This document shows, piece by piece, positions 27,098 to 37,457 of a DNA stretch of 48,822 nt. Position numbers and translations under genes: made by a program. Numbering within the stretch: position 1 is the stretch's first letter; every line of letters begins with the position of its first letter. The notes beneath the pieces were generated by a model that ran no database searches, was not told the origin of the DNA, and saw nothing but the letters and a program-made list of their open reading frames with translations. Source of the DNA: Fibrobacterota bacterium (GTDB lineage: Bacteria; Fibrobacterota; Fibrobacteria; UBA11236); NCBI GenBank assembly GCA_043753995.1, contig JAYUVP010000107.1, positions 1-48,822 on the forward strand, given 5' to 3'.

Positions 27098-27418
27098 ATG
27101 ACTGACACCAACCCTATTTTCAACCTCGGAATTCCCAAGGAAATCGAAATACCCGCGACGTCGCAAAATGCGGCGCCCGTCAAATTGCAGCCCGGTCAAG
27201 CCTCTTTTCAAGACATGTTCAACGGCTTTTTGAAAGACGTGAACGAAATGCAAAATCAGGCTGATCAGTCCGTGCAAAAAATGATGGCGGGTGAAATCAA
27301 GGATGTGCATCAAGTCATGCTGGCTGTCGGTGAGGCTAAGGTGGCCTTCAACTTGCTGCTGGAAATTCGCAATAAGACCATGGAAGCCTATCAGGAAATT
27401 TTGCGCATGAAGGCTTGA
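27098..27418 (+). CDS. fliE: Flagellar hook-basal body protein FliE
   Basis: SF...VNEMQ..AD, DVHQVM.A, EIRNK..EAYQEILRM. Confidence 0.95.
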   Translation: MTDTNPIFNLGIPKEIEIPATSQNAAPVKLQPGQASFQDMFNGFLKDVNEMQNQADQSVQKMMAGEIKDVHQVMLAVGEAKVAFNLLLEIRNKTMEAYQEILRMKA

Positions 27419-27562
27419 AAACGGGATGTCCGGGTTACGGTTTAAGGTAGGTCGTCGCTTAGACGATGGGATTAAACGGTAGGCCCCTTTTCGTTATCGA
27501 CGCTTTCGCGAAAACCTTGAGCCCCAAGGTCTGGCTAAGTCAGACGCCACGAGGAAAATTCT

Positions 27563-29173
27563 ATGTCCGAATATTTGAAACAATTGCTGGTACAACTGCG
27601 GCTCATTTGGGAAAAACTGAATGGCACTCAAAAAGTGGTTTTGGTTTCGACCTTGGCGGTTGTTTTGGCTGGGATGATCACCATTATCGCCTGGCCGGCG
27701 GGTGAGGGCGGTGGTGGAGGCGACAATGGCAAGTACTCGACTCTATTCGTGAATCTAGAGCCCGGCGATGCGGCCAAGGTGACCGAATCCTTGAAAGCCC
27801 AGAAAATCGACTATCAGCTCGCCAATGACGGCCATACCATTACGGTCGCCAAGGAACAGTTGTACGAAGCGCGTATGGAAATGGCGCGACAAGGCCTGCC
27901 TGAGAATGGTGGCCAGGGCTATGAAATTTTCGACAAGCTTCAGCTTGGCATGACCGATTTCGTTCAGAACCTGAATTACAAGCGTGCCCTCGAAGGCGAG
28001 CTTTCCCGCACAATCGAAAGCCTGCAAGAAGTCGAAAAGGTGCGCGTGCATGTGACCATACCCAAGCCCAGCCTTTTCACTGAGAAAAAGGAAGAAACCA
28101 CGGCTTCGGTGATCTTAAAGCTCAAGCCAGGCAAGGATTTAACCCAGGCCCAAGTTCGCGGCATTACCCATTTGGTGGCGAGTTCGGTTGAGGGCTTGAA
28201 GGCGCGACAGGTAACGGTTTTGGATGTGCATGGCTCCATGCTCACGGCAGGATTCGCCGACAACTCGGTGGCCGAACAAACCGATCACAATTTGTCCTTG
28301 CAACATAGCGTCGAACGCAATCTCGAACAAAAAGTCGAAGACATTTTCCAAGGGCTTCTAGGCCCGGGAAAAGCGCGCGTCAAGGTGGCCGCTGAGCTTG
28401 ACTTCAGCCAGGTGCAAAAGACGGTGGAAAGTTATGACCCCAATACCAAGGTGATTCGATCGCAGCAACGCGATGAGGGAATGGTCAAGGGCAGCCCGCA
28501 AGCCCAACTCGAGCAAAAAGAAGGATCCATCACCAATTTTGAGTTCGATAAAACCATAGCCCAAATCGTGAACTCTCCTGGATCCTTGACCCGACTATCC
28601 GTGGCGGTGGCATTGGATGGCACCTATAAGGTCGACCCCAAGACTCAAGAGCGTACCTATGTGCCGCGCGAGCAAGGGGACATCGATAAGTTCGCCGCCT
28701 TGGTGAAAAATGCCGTGGGATTTAGGCCGGGTACCAAGGACGAGGTCTATGTGACCAATGTGAGGTTTGACACGGAATATCTGGTCGATGAAATGCGGGA
28801 AATGAAGCGACTGGAAAAAAATGAATGGGTCGAAGTGCTGAAAAAATACGGCGTGCTGGTCTTGACCTTGCTCTTCGGGCTTTGGTTCTTCCGCGGCTTG
28901 ATTCAGAATCTGGCATCGGCCATGAATCCGCCCATGCCCAAATATGCGGGTATCAATCTTGAGCCTGAAGAGGAGAAGATTCCGGAAAATGTCCAAAAGC
29001 AAAAGGACATACTTGAGAAGGTTGAGTTCATGACGCGCACCGAGCCAATAAATATCGCCAATCTCATCAAGACCTGGCTCCATGAGAAAAAAGAAGGACA
29101 GAATGAGGATGGTAATGACGAGAATGAAGATGGCGGCGGCAAAGGCAAGAAAAAGCAATCCGCCAAGAAATAA
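27563..29173 (+). CDS. fliF: Flagellar M-ring protein FliF
   Basis: GYEIFD, RALEGELSRTI, RVHVTIPK.SLF, HLVASSVEGL, two TM segments; GAGGA RBS. Confidence 0.95.
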   Translation: MSEYLKQLLVQLRLIWEKLNGTQKVVLVSTLAVVLAGMITIIAWPAGEGGGGGDNGKYSTLFVNLEPGDAAKVTESLKAQKIDYQLANDGHTITVAKEQLYEARMEMARQGLPENGGQGYEIFDKLQLGMTDFVQNLNYKRALEGELSRTIESLQEVEKVRVHVTIPKPSLFTEKKEETTASVILKLKPGKDLTQAQVRGITHLVASSVEGLKARQVTVLDVHGSMLTAGFADNSVAEQTDHNLSLQHSVERNLEQKVEDIFQGLLGPGKARVKVAAELDFSQVQKTVESYDPNTKVIRSQQRDEGMVKGSPQAQLEQKEGSITNFEFDKTIAQIVNSPGSLTRLSVAVALDGTYKVDPKTQERTYVPREQGDIDKFAALVKNAVGFRPGTKDEVYVTNVRFDTEYLVDEMREMKRLEKNEWVEVLKKYGVLVLTLLFGLWFFRGLIQNLASAMNPPMPKYAGINLEPEEEKIPENVQKQKDILEKVEFMTRTEPINIANLIKTWLHEKKEGQNEDGNDENEDGGGKGKKKQSAKK

Positions 29174-29186
29174 GGACTGACGCCAC

Positions 29187-30239
29187 ATGCCCCCACCCAC
29201 CGCCGATAAAAAAGCCGAAGTCGCCGCCCTTGCGGGGGCCGCTATCACGGGCCGAACCAAGGCTGCTGTGATGATGGTGACTCTCGGCGCCGAAGCCTGC
29301 GCGCAAATTTTCAAAAGCCTGGAAGAAGATGACATTGAGATTCTGACCGCCGAAATTGCCCGCCTGGAGGGCATCACCCCGGAAATGCGGGAGCGCGTGC
29401 TGGAAGAATTCCATCAAATGGCGGTGGCGCAAAAATTCATCCTGCAAGGTGGTGTCGATTATGCAAAGCAAGCCCTGGAGGCTGCAGTAGGCCCTCGCCG
29501 GGCACGTGAAATTTTGGAAAAAGTACAGAGCTCGATTCGCCATACCGGTTTTTCCCTGCTCAAGGATGTCGAGCCCATGCAGCTCGTCAACTTCATTCAG
29601 AAAGAGCATCCGCAAACCGTGGCCTTGCTGCTGGCCCATATTGATACGGCTCAAGCCGCGCCCATCCTTTCCGCCTTGCCGCAAGAATTGCAGGTGGATG
29701 TCACCACTCGCTTGGCCACCATGCAAAGCGTTTCACCTGACGTTTTGGAACAAGTCGAAGAAGTGCTTTCGCAGCAGATGAAAAGCCTTTTCGGAGGCAA
29801 TGTGCATGAGGTGGGCGGCGTGAAATTCGTGGCCGAAATGCTCAATCAAGTCGATCGCGGCGCGGAAAAGAATATCCTCGGCAATCTCGAACGTGAAAAC
29901 CCGGAATTGGCCACCGAGATCAAGAATCTCATGTTCGTCTTCGAGGACATTGGTTTGCTCGACGACCGAGGCATTCAACGCGTCTTGAAGGAAGTCGATA
30001 CCAAGGAACTGGGCTTGGCCCTCAAGGGAGCCAGCGAAACTGTGAGCGAGAAATTCTTCAAGAATATGAGTTCACGTGCCGCTGAAATGATGAAGGACGA
30101 TATGCAATTCATGGGTCCGGTCAAGCTCAAGGACGTGGAAGCATCGCAACAGCGCATCGTGGATGTGGTGCGACGACTCGAAGACGACGGCGAAATCGTC
30201 ATTTCGGGACGCGGCGGCGAAGACGAAGTCGTGGTGTAA
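29187..30239 (+). CDS. fliG: Flagellar motor switch protein FliG
   Basis: KAA..M..LG, EHPQT.A, MFVFED, NMSSRAA, GPV...DVE..Q. Confidence 0.97.
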   Translation: MPPPTADKKAEVAALAGAAITGRTKAAVMMVTLGAEACAQIFKSLEEDDIEILTAEIARLEGITPEMRERVLEEFHQMAVAQKFILQGGVDYAKQALEAAVGPRRAREILEKVQSSIRHTGFSLLKDVEPMQLVNFIQKEHPQTVALLLAHIDTAQAAPILSALPQELQVDVTTRLATMQSVSPDVLEQVEEVLSQQMKSLFGGNVHEVGGVKFVAEMLNQVDRGAEKNILGNLERENPELATEIKNLMFVFEDIGLLDDRGIQRVLKEVDTKELGLALKGASETVSEKFFKNMSSRAAEMMKDDMQFMGPVKLKDVEASQQRIVDVVRRLEDDGEIVISGRGGEDEVVV

Positions 30240-30248
30240 GGAAGAAGA

Positions 30249-31103
30249 ATGATGGCTGCCCCTGCAAAATCCTTTTTGTCTTCTTTGGGCGTCGCTCCTC
30301 CCGCACCCGATGGTCCGGCCCGAGTCGTGAAGGGAAGCGCCGCCACCGCGGCTCCTGCCACGGATTGGAAGCCCGTGCCTGATAAAACGATGCGCGGTTT
30401 TTCCTTGCAAAACTTTGGGGGACCAGGCCGAGCCGCTGCTCCCAATCTTTCCGAAGGCAAACTGGAAGAATTACGCCAAGCCTTGCATAAAAGCGAAGAA
30501 CATCGCCGCAAGTCGGTCGAAGAGTCCAAGGATGAAATGGTGCAAATGGCCAAGGCAGCCTTGGCCGAGGGGATGGAAAAAGGAAGAGTCGAAGGCGAAA
30601 AAGAAGCTTATGCGAAGTACCAGAAGCAATTGGAGCAATTGAAACAAAATACCGAAGCCACATTACAGCAATTGTCCGCGGAAAAGGCCGAGGCTTTCCT
30701 GGGATATGAAAGGCTTTGCTTGGATTTATTCGCCCTAAGCCTTCGCAAATTGACGGGAGAATTGCCCCAATGGCATGAAGAGACCGTGGTACCCATGTTG
30801 CGGGAAGCCATAGCGGCCCTAAGCGGTAATACGGCGATGACGGTGCGCGTGAATCCTGCCGATTTCCTCTTGGCCAAGGAAAAACGCCACCTATGGGAGA
30901 CCTTGGAAACCGGATCTCCGGATTTGGTTTTCGAAGCCGACAATCGCATACCCAAAGGCGGTTGCCTCATCGAATCCGGGGCGACTTCCGCGACGGCCGA
31001 TCCCAATGCCGTCGCCGAACGCATCGTCGAAGCCGTCCGTCACGTTTATCAGGCACGACTAGACCAGACCCGACGTGAATCGGATGCAGGCCTGCATGGC
31101 TGA
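30249..31103 (+). CDS. fliH: Flagellar assembly protein FliH
   Basis: GxxxG repeats (AEGMEKGRVEG), VRVNPAD, GGCLIES; located between fliG and fliI. Confidence 0.85.
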   Translation: MMAAPAKSFLSSLGVAPPAPDGPARVVKGSAATAAPATDWKPVPDKTMRGFSLQNFGGPGRAAAPNLSEGKLEELRQALHKSEEHRRKSVEESKDEMVQMAKAALAEGMEKGRVEGEKEAYAKYQKQLEQLKQNTEATLQQLSAEKAEAFLGYERLCLDLFALSLRKLTGELPQWHEETVVPMLREAIAALSGNTAMTVRVNPADFLLAKEKRHLWETLETGSPDLVFEADNRIPKGGCLIESGATSATADPNAVAERIVEAVRHVYQARLDQTRRESDAGLHG

Positions 31104-32475
31104 AAAAGGTTTTTCATCGGGTGCCAAAACAGATTCGGATAGCAGCCCAGAATTGGGTGAAGCCGATGCCGCTTCGGCCTATTACCAGGCCATCGCACAA
31201 GTCGCCGTACCTTCCGTGCGTGCCCGCATTGTCCAAGTCATTGGCCTCATTTTGGAATGTTCGGGAATACGCGCCGGCCTTGGGGAAATTTGCACAGTAT
31301 ATGATGGTGTCAAGGCCGTGGGCCGAGCCGAAGTCGTTGGCTTTCGTCGCCAAGCGACCTTGCTGATGCCACTTGGCGATTTGCCCGATTTGCGTCCGGG
31401 CATGGAAATCTCCGCCACGGGAAAGTCGTTCACTCTCAAGGTTGGGCGCGGACTTTTGGGGCGAGTGCTCAATGGCCTGGGGGAACCCATAGACAATAAA
31501 GGCGCCTTGTGGTTGGAGGAGGAAGGGCGATTGCAACAAAGCCCGCCCAATCCCCTGGAGCGTCGGCGTATTCATGAGCCCATGCCTACGGGCGTGAGAG
31601 CCCTGGATGCTTTCCGAACTTTCGGCAAAGGCCAGCGCATGGGGCTTTTCGCCGGATCGGGGGTAGGTAAATCCGTGCTGATGGGTATGATTGCCCGCAA
31701 TGGTATGGCGCCCATCAATGTGATTGCCCTCATCGGTGAACGAGGCCGCGAGGTGCGCGAGTTTCTGGAAAAAGATCTTGGTGAAGAAGGCCTGAAGCGC
31801 TCGGTGGTTTTTGTCGCGACATCCGATCAACCCGCCCTGGTGCGCCTCAAGGCTGCCTTGGCCGCCACCACCGTGGCGGAATGGTTTCGCGATCAAGGCG
31901 AAGACGTCATGCTCATGATGGATAGTTCGACTCGCTTAGCCATGGCTCAGCGAGAAATCGGCCTCGCTGTCGGCGAGCCACCCAGCTCACGAGGTTATAC
32001 ACCATCGGTTTTCGCCTTTTTACCGAGGCTTTTCGAGCGGGCAGGCATGGGGGTGAAAGGCTCGATTACCGCTTTGTATACCGTTCTCGTCGATGGTGAC
32101 GATCATGATGAGCCGGTGGCGGATGCCGTCCGATCCATACTGGATGGGCATATTGTCCTGTCTCGACAATTGGCTCATCGCAATCACTTTCCCGCCATCG
32201 ACGTGCTTAAAAGTGTCAGTCGTTGCATGAGTGATGTCATTCAACCTGAACACAAGGCCCAGCAAAGCAAGGTTTTGCGCGCCATGGCCTTGTACCGCGA
32301 AAATGAAGATTTGATTCAACTGGGGGCCTATGCCAAGGGCAGCAATCCCCAATTGGATCAGGCCATTGCCTTGCATGCTCAAGTCGAATCCTTTTTGATT
32401 CAAGGCATTGAAGAGCAAACCGACTTCAAGACCACTTTGGAGCGTCTTGGCACCATGGCTAAGGCCATTCCATAA
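31096..32475 (+). CDS. fliI: Flagellar export ATPase FliI
   Basis: GQRMGLFAGSGVGKS, LIGERGREV, MDS.TR.AMAQREIG, LDGHIVLSR. Confidence 0.95.
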   Translation: MAEKGFSSGAKTDSDSSPELGEADAASAYYQAIAQVAVPSVRARIVQVIGLILECSGIRAGLGEICTVYDGVKAVGRAEVVGFRRQATLLMPLGDLPDLRPGMEISATGKSFTLKVGRGLLGRVLNGLGEPIDNKGALWLEEEGRLQQSPPNPLERRRIHEPMPTGVRALDAFRTFGKGQRMGLFAGSGVGKSVLMGMIARNGMAPINVIALIGERGREVREFLEKDLGEEGLKRSVVFVATSDQPALVRLKAALAATTVAEWFRDQGEDVMLMMDSSTRLAMAQREIGLAVGEPPSSRGYTPSVFAFLPRLFERAGMGVKGSITALYTVLVDGDDHDEPVADAVRSILDGHIVLSRQLAHRNHFPAIDVLKSVSRCMSDVIQPEHKAQQSKVLRAMALYRENEDLIQLGAYAKGSNPQLDQAIALHAQVESFLIQGIEEQTDFKTTLERLGTMAKAIP

Positions 32476-32479
32476 TCCC

Positions 32480-32950
32480 ATGGCGGTATTTCAATTCACC
32501 TTGGCTCCCCTTTTGCGGTTGCGCTTGCACGCCGAAGATCAATGCAAACGTGATTTAGGCGAAGCCCTGCGTGCTAAAGAGGCCGCGGAGGCCGCCAAGA
32601 AAAGGTTGGAGGAGGAGCGAGAATCGATTTTAGTGGAGGCCGATAGAGATGTCGAAATCCTAGATCCGTCGCGCCGAAGGCAATTGACTCTGTATTTGCA
32701 GGGGCTGGCCGATCGCCTGGTCAGCGCCCAAGCCCAGATTTTGGAGCGAGAACAAGGTGTTCAGGTTGCCACGGAGGCCTTGCGTCTGGCCGTTCAGCAA
32801 CGGAAAATCTTGGAACGGTTGCGGGAAATCCGCCAGGAAGAGCATCGCCTGGCCATTCGACGCACCGAGCAAAAGGCCTTGGATGAGCATGCCGCCCATT
32901 TTTTACGGCGTGAAAACGCTGCCCGATTGGCCGATGATTCGGAGTATTAA
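32480..32950 (+). CDS. fliJ: Flagellar export chaperone FliJ
   Basis: MAVFQFTL..LL.LR...E, coiled coil, EQK.LDE; follows fliI. Confidence 0.88.
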   Translation: MAVFQFTLAPLLRLRLHAEDQCKRDLGEALRAKEAAEAAKKRLEEERESILVEADRDVEILDPSRRRQLTLYLQGLADRLVSAQAQILEREQGVQVATEALRLAVQQRKILERLREIRQEEHRLAIRRTEQKALDEHAAHFLRRENAARLADDSEY

Positions 32951-35900
32951 AAATGCTGCGCTGTTTGCCTTTACCTTGGCAGCACCGTCGCTATACGCGC
33001 TTTCCCATCAAGTAGATGACTTTCGACAGGACTTTTCCGGTAGAGCAGCCGACACCCTAGGAATATCCCGTAACTTCGGAGATACCCTTTGGCTTTCCGT
33101 CGTACGACAGGAATACCGATCCCTCGGCCACCGAATTTTATCCGACGGTCGGCCTTTGAATGGCCAAGCGGGCACGGCGGGCATGGCCGCAGCGCGAAGC
33201 ATCGGACATTTCGATCTCGCTTATGTCAGTTGGACATCGGCTCATTCCACTTGGTCTGGCTCAGCTCCTGCGGGTGAAATACGTGCCCGAAAAGCCTATA
33301 TCACCGACGATTCCGCGGGATTTGAAATCGACAGTCGCTTTCTCGCTGAAAATGAATTTCCCCCGCTTAATGGGTCCAATAAGGCACCCTCGCATTTGGT
33401 TTACGAAATGTCGGGATCGAGATATGCCGCTTACTGGTCGAATCTCGATAATGGCCGAGTGCGTCGTACTAGTGATTTGGCCAGTATGGGAGGCTCGCCC
33501 TCGGGATGGGGAAGCGATGTGGGCGGCGGTTCTCCCATCTCTTCCCAGGCCTATGGTGTTTTGGGCGCTTCCCTCGTTCCCGGTTCCAATGCAAGGCAAA
33601 CCGTGGTGGCCTATCTCTCCAGCCTAACCGGAGGAAGCTCCACCTTGGATCTTCGCTGGGAAGACTTAACCAGTAACACTTCTGCATCGGTCAACTTTAA
33701 TCGTGGAGGCGGTGCCACCGCTCCTCTCGAAGTCTCGGTAGCATGCGATTCCCTTGGGAATACCGTATTACTGTGGCGGGAAGCAAATACGCTTTATTTC
33801 ACCGTGTATTCGCCGAGTCGAACCTTATTGCAAGGTCCCATTGCCATCGGCAATATCTCTTACAATGACGGTTCCTCCACCTTGCATTTTTATCGCGCTT
33901 TCCACGTTATTTCTCTGCGAAATAATGATTTCCAAATGGTTTATGCGCGCGGCGGGTTGATTTATTCTCGCCGCATTTCGATTGCCGGTGGTAGCGCGAC
34001 AGTTTCGCCTTCAGAAATAACCGTGAGTCCATCCGGCACCACTTCCTATTTCCCCTCGGCAGCCACCAATGGAAGCAAGGTCGCCTTTGCTTGGTTTCAG
34101 CGCCTCGCAGCCGACAACCATAAATTGAAGGCTACGGTTTTCGCGTTAAACGGTGGTGTACCGGATACTACCACGCGCATTGACATCGATGTGGCGAGCG
34201 ATAGCGTCGGCTTCACCGAGGTTATCCCGGGATGGACGCCCTATCACTTTTTTCAAACCGCCTCGGTGGCCTTGGACTCGGCAGGAAATTTGGCGGTGGG
34301 ATATGAAGACGGATACCATGCCAAGGGCGCTTTGGTGAAATTCGCGGCTATTTATTCCCCCACGGGAACCTTTGTTAGCAAGCCTTTGGGTGCAGTCAAC
34401 TCTGCGGTTGGATTTAGTTATGATCCTAGTCGCGATTCCATTGAATATCGTCCCCTCCAGGCGACTGTAGTGGGGCAGGCTGCGGTAACCTTGGCCTTCT
34501 CAAATGACAGCTCTTTCAGCTCGCCAGCGGATTCTTTTCGCACGGTGACCGGGCCACTGCGGACTTCCGGTGGAATTTTCAAATACCGGGTTAGGTTGCA
34601 AACCCAGGACACAGCCCGCCTCTTCACTTCGCGGGTATTGTCCCTGAATCTGCCTTACAATGTAAAGCCACGTGCCCCGGTAGTGGATTCGGTGAAATAC
34701 GCCCACGGAATCTGGCGCCCTTATAATCCCACCGACACCAATAGCTTAATACGTCGTCGCGACACGGTCGAAATGAGCTTAAGTGCCCTCGATCTCGATA
34801 ATGCCGATAGCATGGATTTTTCCGTGCGCCTTGGAAATCGGCTATTGGCTTCGGCTCGCAGCGGTAAAAAAAACGGAGCCGGACGCCATGCCGTGACTTT
34901 TCGCTTCCCCGCGCCTGATACGCTATTGCCTCAAGCGACGCTTACTCTTTCGGCCACGGATGCCGAAAATTGGGCGTCCAATCTTGGAAGCGCAAGTATC
35001 AAATTGGCTGACATTTTACCTGTTACCGTATCCACTGCCATTCGTCGCCGGGGGCTGGACTCTTCCGGAAAATTTTTTCCGTCCCTGGGAGCGAGTGATA
35101 CCCTTGCCTTAAAATTCGGCGATACCTTGTGGGTGCATACCGGCGACTCCCTGCGAGTTCGCGCTTCCGTCACGGATATCAATGATGACACCATCACGGT
35201 TGGACTTAAAAAAGTCGGTGGCACAGCCACACCGAGGCGCATCGCTTCGGGATCGACCACAGCCTATGTACTCGCGCCACCCAATCTTGCCGGCTCTACC
35301 GATGCTTGGCTATTGCAAACCGGAGATCCCGATACCACGGTGGAATTTCGTTTTTTTGTCAAAGCCAATAACCCTCCCATTCTCGACTCTCTTTGGTTGG
35401 TTAGCTACCCATTGCGTGACGGCACCCGGAAAACCGGCGGTGGTCAAGTGAAGGTTTTTTCCGGCGCACCCGGTTTGCTCGTGCCCGCCCAAGTGCCAGC
35501 CCTATTGCGGGCGGCAGGACGAGATCCGGATGTCCTTGGCGAAAAGCCGAGCTTTCGGCTTCAGCTATTGCGACGGAGCGCGACCTGTGCCTTGGGAGAT
35601 CGAAATTGTGCCAGCATCGTCAACCAGGTTAATGCCGATAGCCTTTCGGTGACCGTGCAGGGGCGGGACGATCAATTGACCTTGCGCGCTTCCGATGCGC
35701 GCGGTGCATTCACCGAGGCCTTGATTCATCTCGACTATGCCTTGGCGGACACCAGCTCAACTCAACAATATCATTCCCAGGCTGTTTTGCTCGACACGGC
35801 CATGGATTTCGTCATGTTCTCGGGAACCCTCGAAAAGTCAGTGAATATCGTGGTACGTAGTCTGGGAAGCACGCCTTTGAAAATCACCTCGGCCATCACC

Positions 35901-37457
35901 TCTCGCAATCAGGGGGCCCACCTTGATCTCTCCTTGAATTGGAAGGACAGTGTCAATGCGACCAAGTCGCAAGGCTTTCCGAAGGGGACGAATCAAGATC
36001 CCCTGACGGCATTGTCTCCCGCCTCCATTCCCGTGGGTCAGGAATTGACCCTGAAATTTCGCTTTTTTACTTCGGCACTCAAAGGCGATACGCTTTTTTC
36101 CGACACTCTTGTTTTGCGAACCAATGATTTGGCGGCGCCAGTTTTGCGCATTCCTTTTCGACTTATCCATCGCGAATTGCCTCGCCTCAATCGCTTGGGC
36201 ACTCTGAATATGGATTCGGGAGATGCAGCGAATGCGCGGGCAGGGGCCTTGCCATTGACGGGTGGCCTGCGGCTCACCTTCAGTGAACCGGTTTTGGTCC
36301 CTGCCACCGGCTTTTTCACCGTGTATTCCCTGCTCGATTCCCTGGCCAATCCCCAAGGCTATAAGCCGATACCTGGCAGCCTGATCAAACGCAAAGCCAA
36401 ACCCGGTGGCCTGGGGAAAAAAGCTGGCGATGAAGTTTTTATGACTTGGGCGCGGGCCAAAATGGGGGCTTTGGCAGATAGCCTGGCCGATACCGTGATT
36501 TTCATTCCGGCTTATGTGAAACCTTCGGATAGTTTGAAGGCTCAACCCAAACCCGGAAGCTTTTTGCACTATGACATTTTGCGAGTGCGAGTCCGCAATT
36601 CGCCGACCGATCCCATGGGCAATTCTTTGGATTTGCGCCACGAATTAGTCAAACGAACGGCAGGGACTTTCGACACGATATTCACCTTGCCCACCGATAC
36701 GACGGTATTACGTGTCCTTCGCAGTCAACCTGCTATGGGCGACTCCGCCGTGGATCCCGATGCCTCCATCCGCCTGGTTTTCAACCGACCCTTGGCGGTT
36801 CGACCCCCGCCCGAATGGACGGGCTTGCCCCCCGTGGATTTTCAAAATCTGATGGGCGGGGAAAATGCCAGTTTTAAGGTGACGAGCCTGCATACCCGGG
36901 GCCGTGAACTGAACTTCGCAGCCCTGCAACTTATCGCCGACGATACCGTGCTCATCATCAAAATGCGGGAGAAGGCCGGAGCCTATGACACCGTGACCTT
37001 GACTTTGTCGGGCTCGATTAGCGATATCGACGGCAATACCCTTGACGGCGATGGCGATGGATTTCCGGCCTATCTCTATCGCGCCGAGCCCGGTGTGGAC
37101 GACTATGCCCTGACTTTCGCCACCGGAAGAGCGGGCTTTTATGTCTTCCCCAATCCTTTTCGTTTCGACAATGAAAGACATCGCCAAAAGGGCGTGGTCA
37201 CCTTTAAAAATTTGAATTCTCTGGCGGGTTGGGACTCTGAAAAAACCTTGAGTATTCGCATTCATGACATGACTGGGGATTTGGTTTGGAGCGATGGCCA
37301 AGCCGCGGGTATGGGCAGTCGTCGGGGTCGGGTCATGGTCGATTGGGATTTGCGTAACACCCAAGGTACTCGGGTCGCCACCGGTGTTTATATCTATTCC
37401 ATCACCGATGCTGCCGATCGCCTTTTGATGAAGGGCAAGGTGGCGGTGATTCGATGA
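32934..37457 (+). CDS. Large secreted multidomain protein with Ig-like (Big_5/SbsA-like) domains and a C-terminal FlgD-Ig/T9SS-sorting-like domain
   Basis: ~1507 aa. Signal peptide MIRSIKNAALFAFTLAAPSLYA; LTFSEPV and LVFNRPL Ig motifs; DIDGNTLDGDGDG; VFPNPF...WDLRN..G..VATGVYIY...GKVAVIR. Confidence 0.8.
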   Translation: MIRSIKNAALFAFTLAAPSLYALSHQVDDFRQDFSGRAADTLGISRNFGDTLWLSVVRQEYRSLGHRILSDGRPLNGQAGTAGMAAARSIGHFDLAYVSWTSAHSTWSGSAPAGEIRARKAYITDDSAGFEIDSRFLAENEFPPLNGSNKAPSHLVYEMSGSRYAAYWSNLDNGRVRRTSDLASMGGSPSGWGSDVGGGSPISSQAYGVLGASLVPGSNARQTVVAYLSSLTGGSSTLDLRWEDLTSNTSASVNFNRGGGATAPLEVSVACDSLGNTVLLWREANTLYFTVYSPSRTLLQGPIAIGNISYNDGSSTLHFYRAFHVISLRNNDFQMVYARGGLIYSRRISIAGGSATVSPSEITVSPSGTTSYFPSAATNGSKVAFAWFQRLAADNHKLKATVFALNGGVPDTTTRIDIDVASDSVGFTEVIPGWTPYHFFQTASVALDSAGNLAVGYEDGYHAKGALVKFAAIYSPTGTFVSKPLGAVNSAVGFSYDPSRDSIEYRPLQATVVGQAAVTLAFSNDSSFSSPADSFRTVTGPLRTSGGIFKYRVRLQTQDTARLFTSRVLSLNLPYNVKPRAPVVDSVKYAHGIWRPYNPTDTNSLIRRRDTVEMSLSALDLDNADSMDFSVRLGNRLLASARSGKKNGAGRHAVTFRFPAPDTLLPQATLTLSATDAENWASNLGSASIKLADILPVTVSTAIRRRGLDSSGKFFPSLGASDTLALKFGDTLWVHTGDSLRVRASVTDINDDTITVGLKKVGGTATPRRIASGSTTAYVLAPPNLAGSTDAWLLQTGDPDTTVEFRFFVKANNPPILDSLWLVSYPLRDGTRKTGGGQVKVFSGAPGLLVPAQVPALLRAAGRDPDVLGEKPSFRLQLLRRSATCALGDRNCASIVNQVNADSLSVTVQGRDDQLTLRASDARGAFTEALIHLDYALADTSSTQQYHSQAVLLDTAMDFVMFSGTLEKSVNIVVRSLGSTPLKITSAITSRNQGAHLDLSLNWKDSVNATKSQGFPKGTNQDPLTALSPASIPVGQELTLKFRFFTSALKGDTLFSDTLVLRTNDLAAPVLRIPFRLIHRELPRLNRLGTLNMDSGDAANARAGALPLTGGLRLTFSEPVLVPATGFFTVYSLLDSLANPQGYKPIPGSLIKRKAKPGGLGKKAGDEVFMTWARAKMGALADSLADTVIFIPAYVKPSDSLKAQPKPGSFLHYDILRVRVRNSPTDPMGNSLDLRHELVKRTAGTFDTIFTLPTDTTVLRVLRSQPAMGDSAVDPDASIRLVFNRPLAVRPPPEWTGLPPVDFQNLMGGENASFKVTSLHTRGRELNFAALQLIADDTVLIIKMREKAGAYDTVTLTLSGSISDIDGNTLDGDGDGFPAYLYRAEPGVDDYALTFATGRAGFYVFPNPFRFDNERHRQKGVVTFKNLNSLAGWDSEKTLSIRIHDMTGDLVWSDGQAAGMGSRRGRVMVDWDLRNTQGTRVATGVYIYSITDAADRLLMKGKVAVIR

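Noticed and set aside
29202..29209. GCCGATAA inside the start of fliG
   Set aside because: No TAAA-like -35 at the correct spacing, and it is explained by the Ala-Asp-Lys codons.
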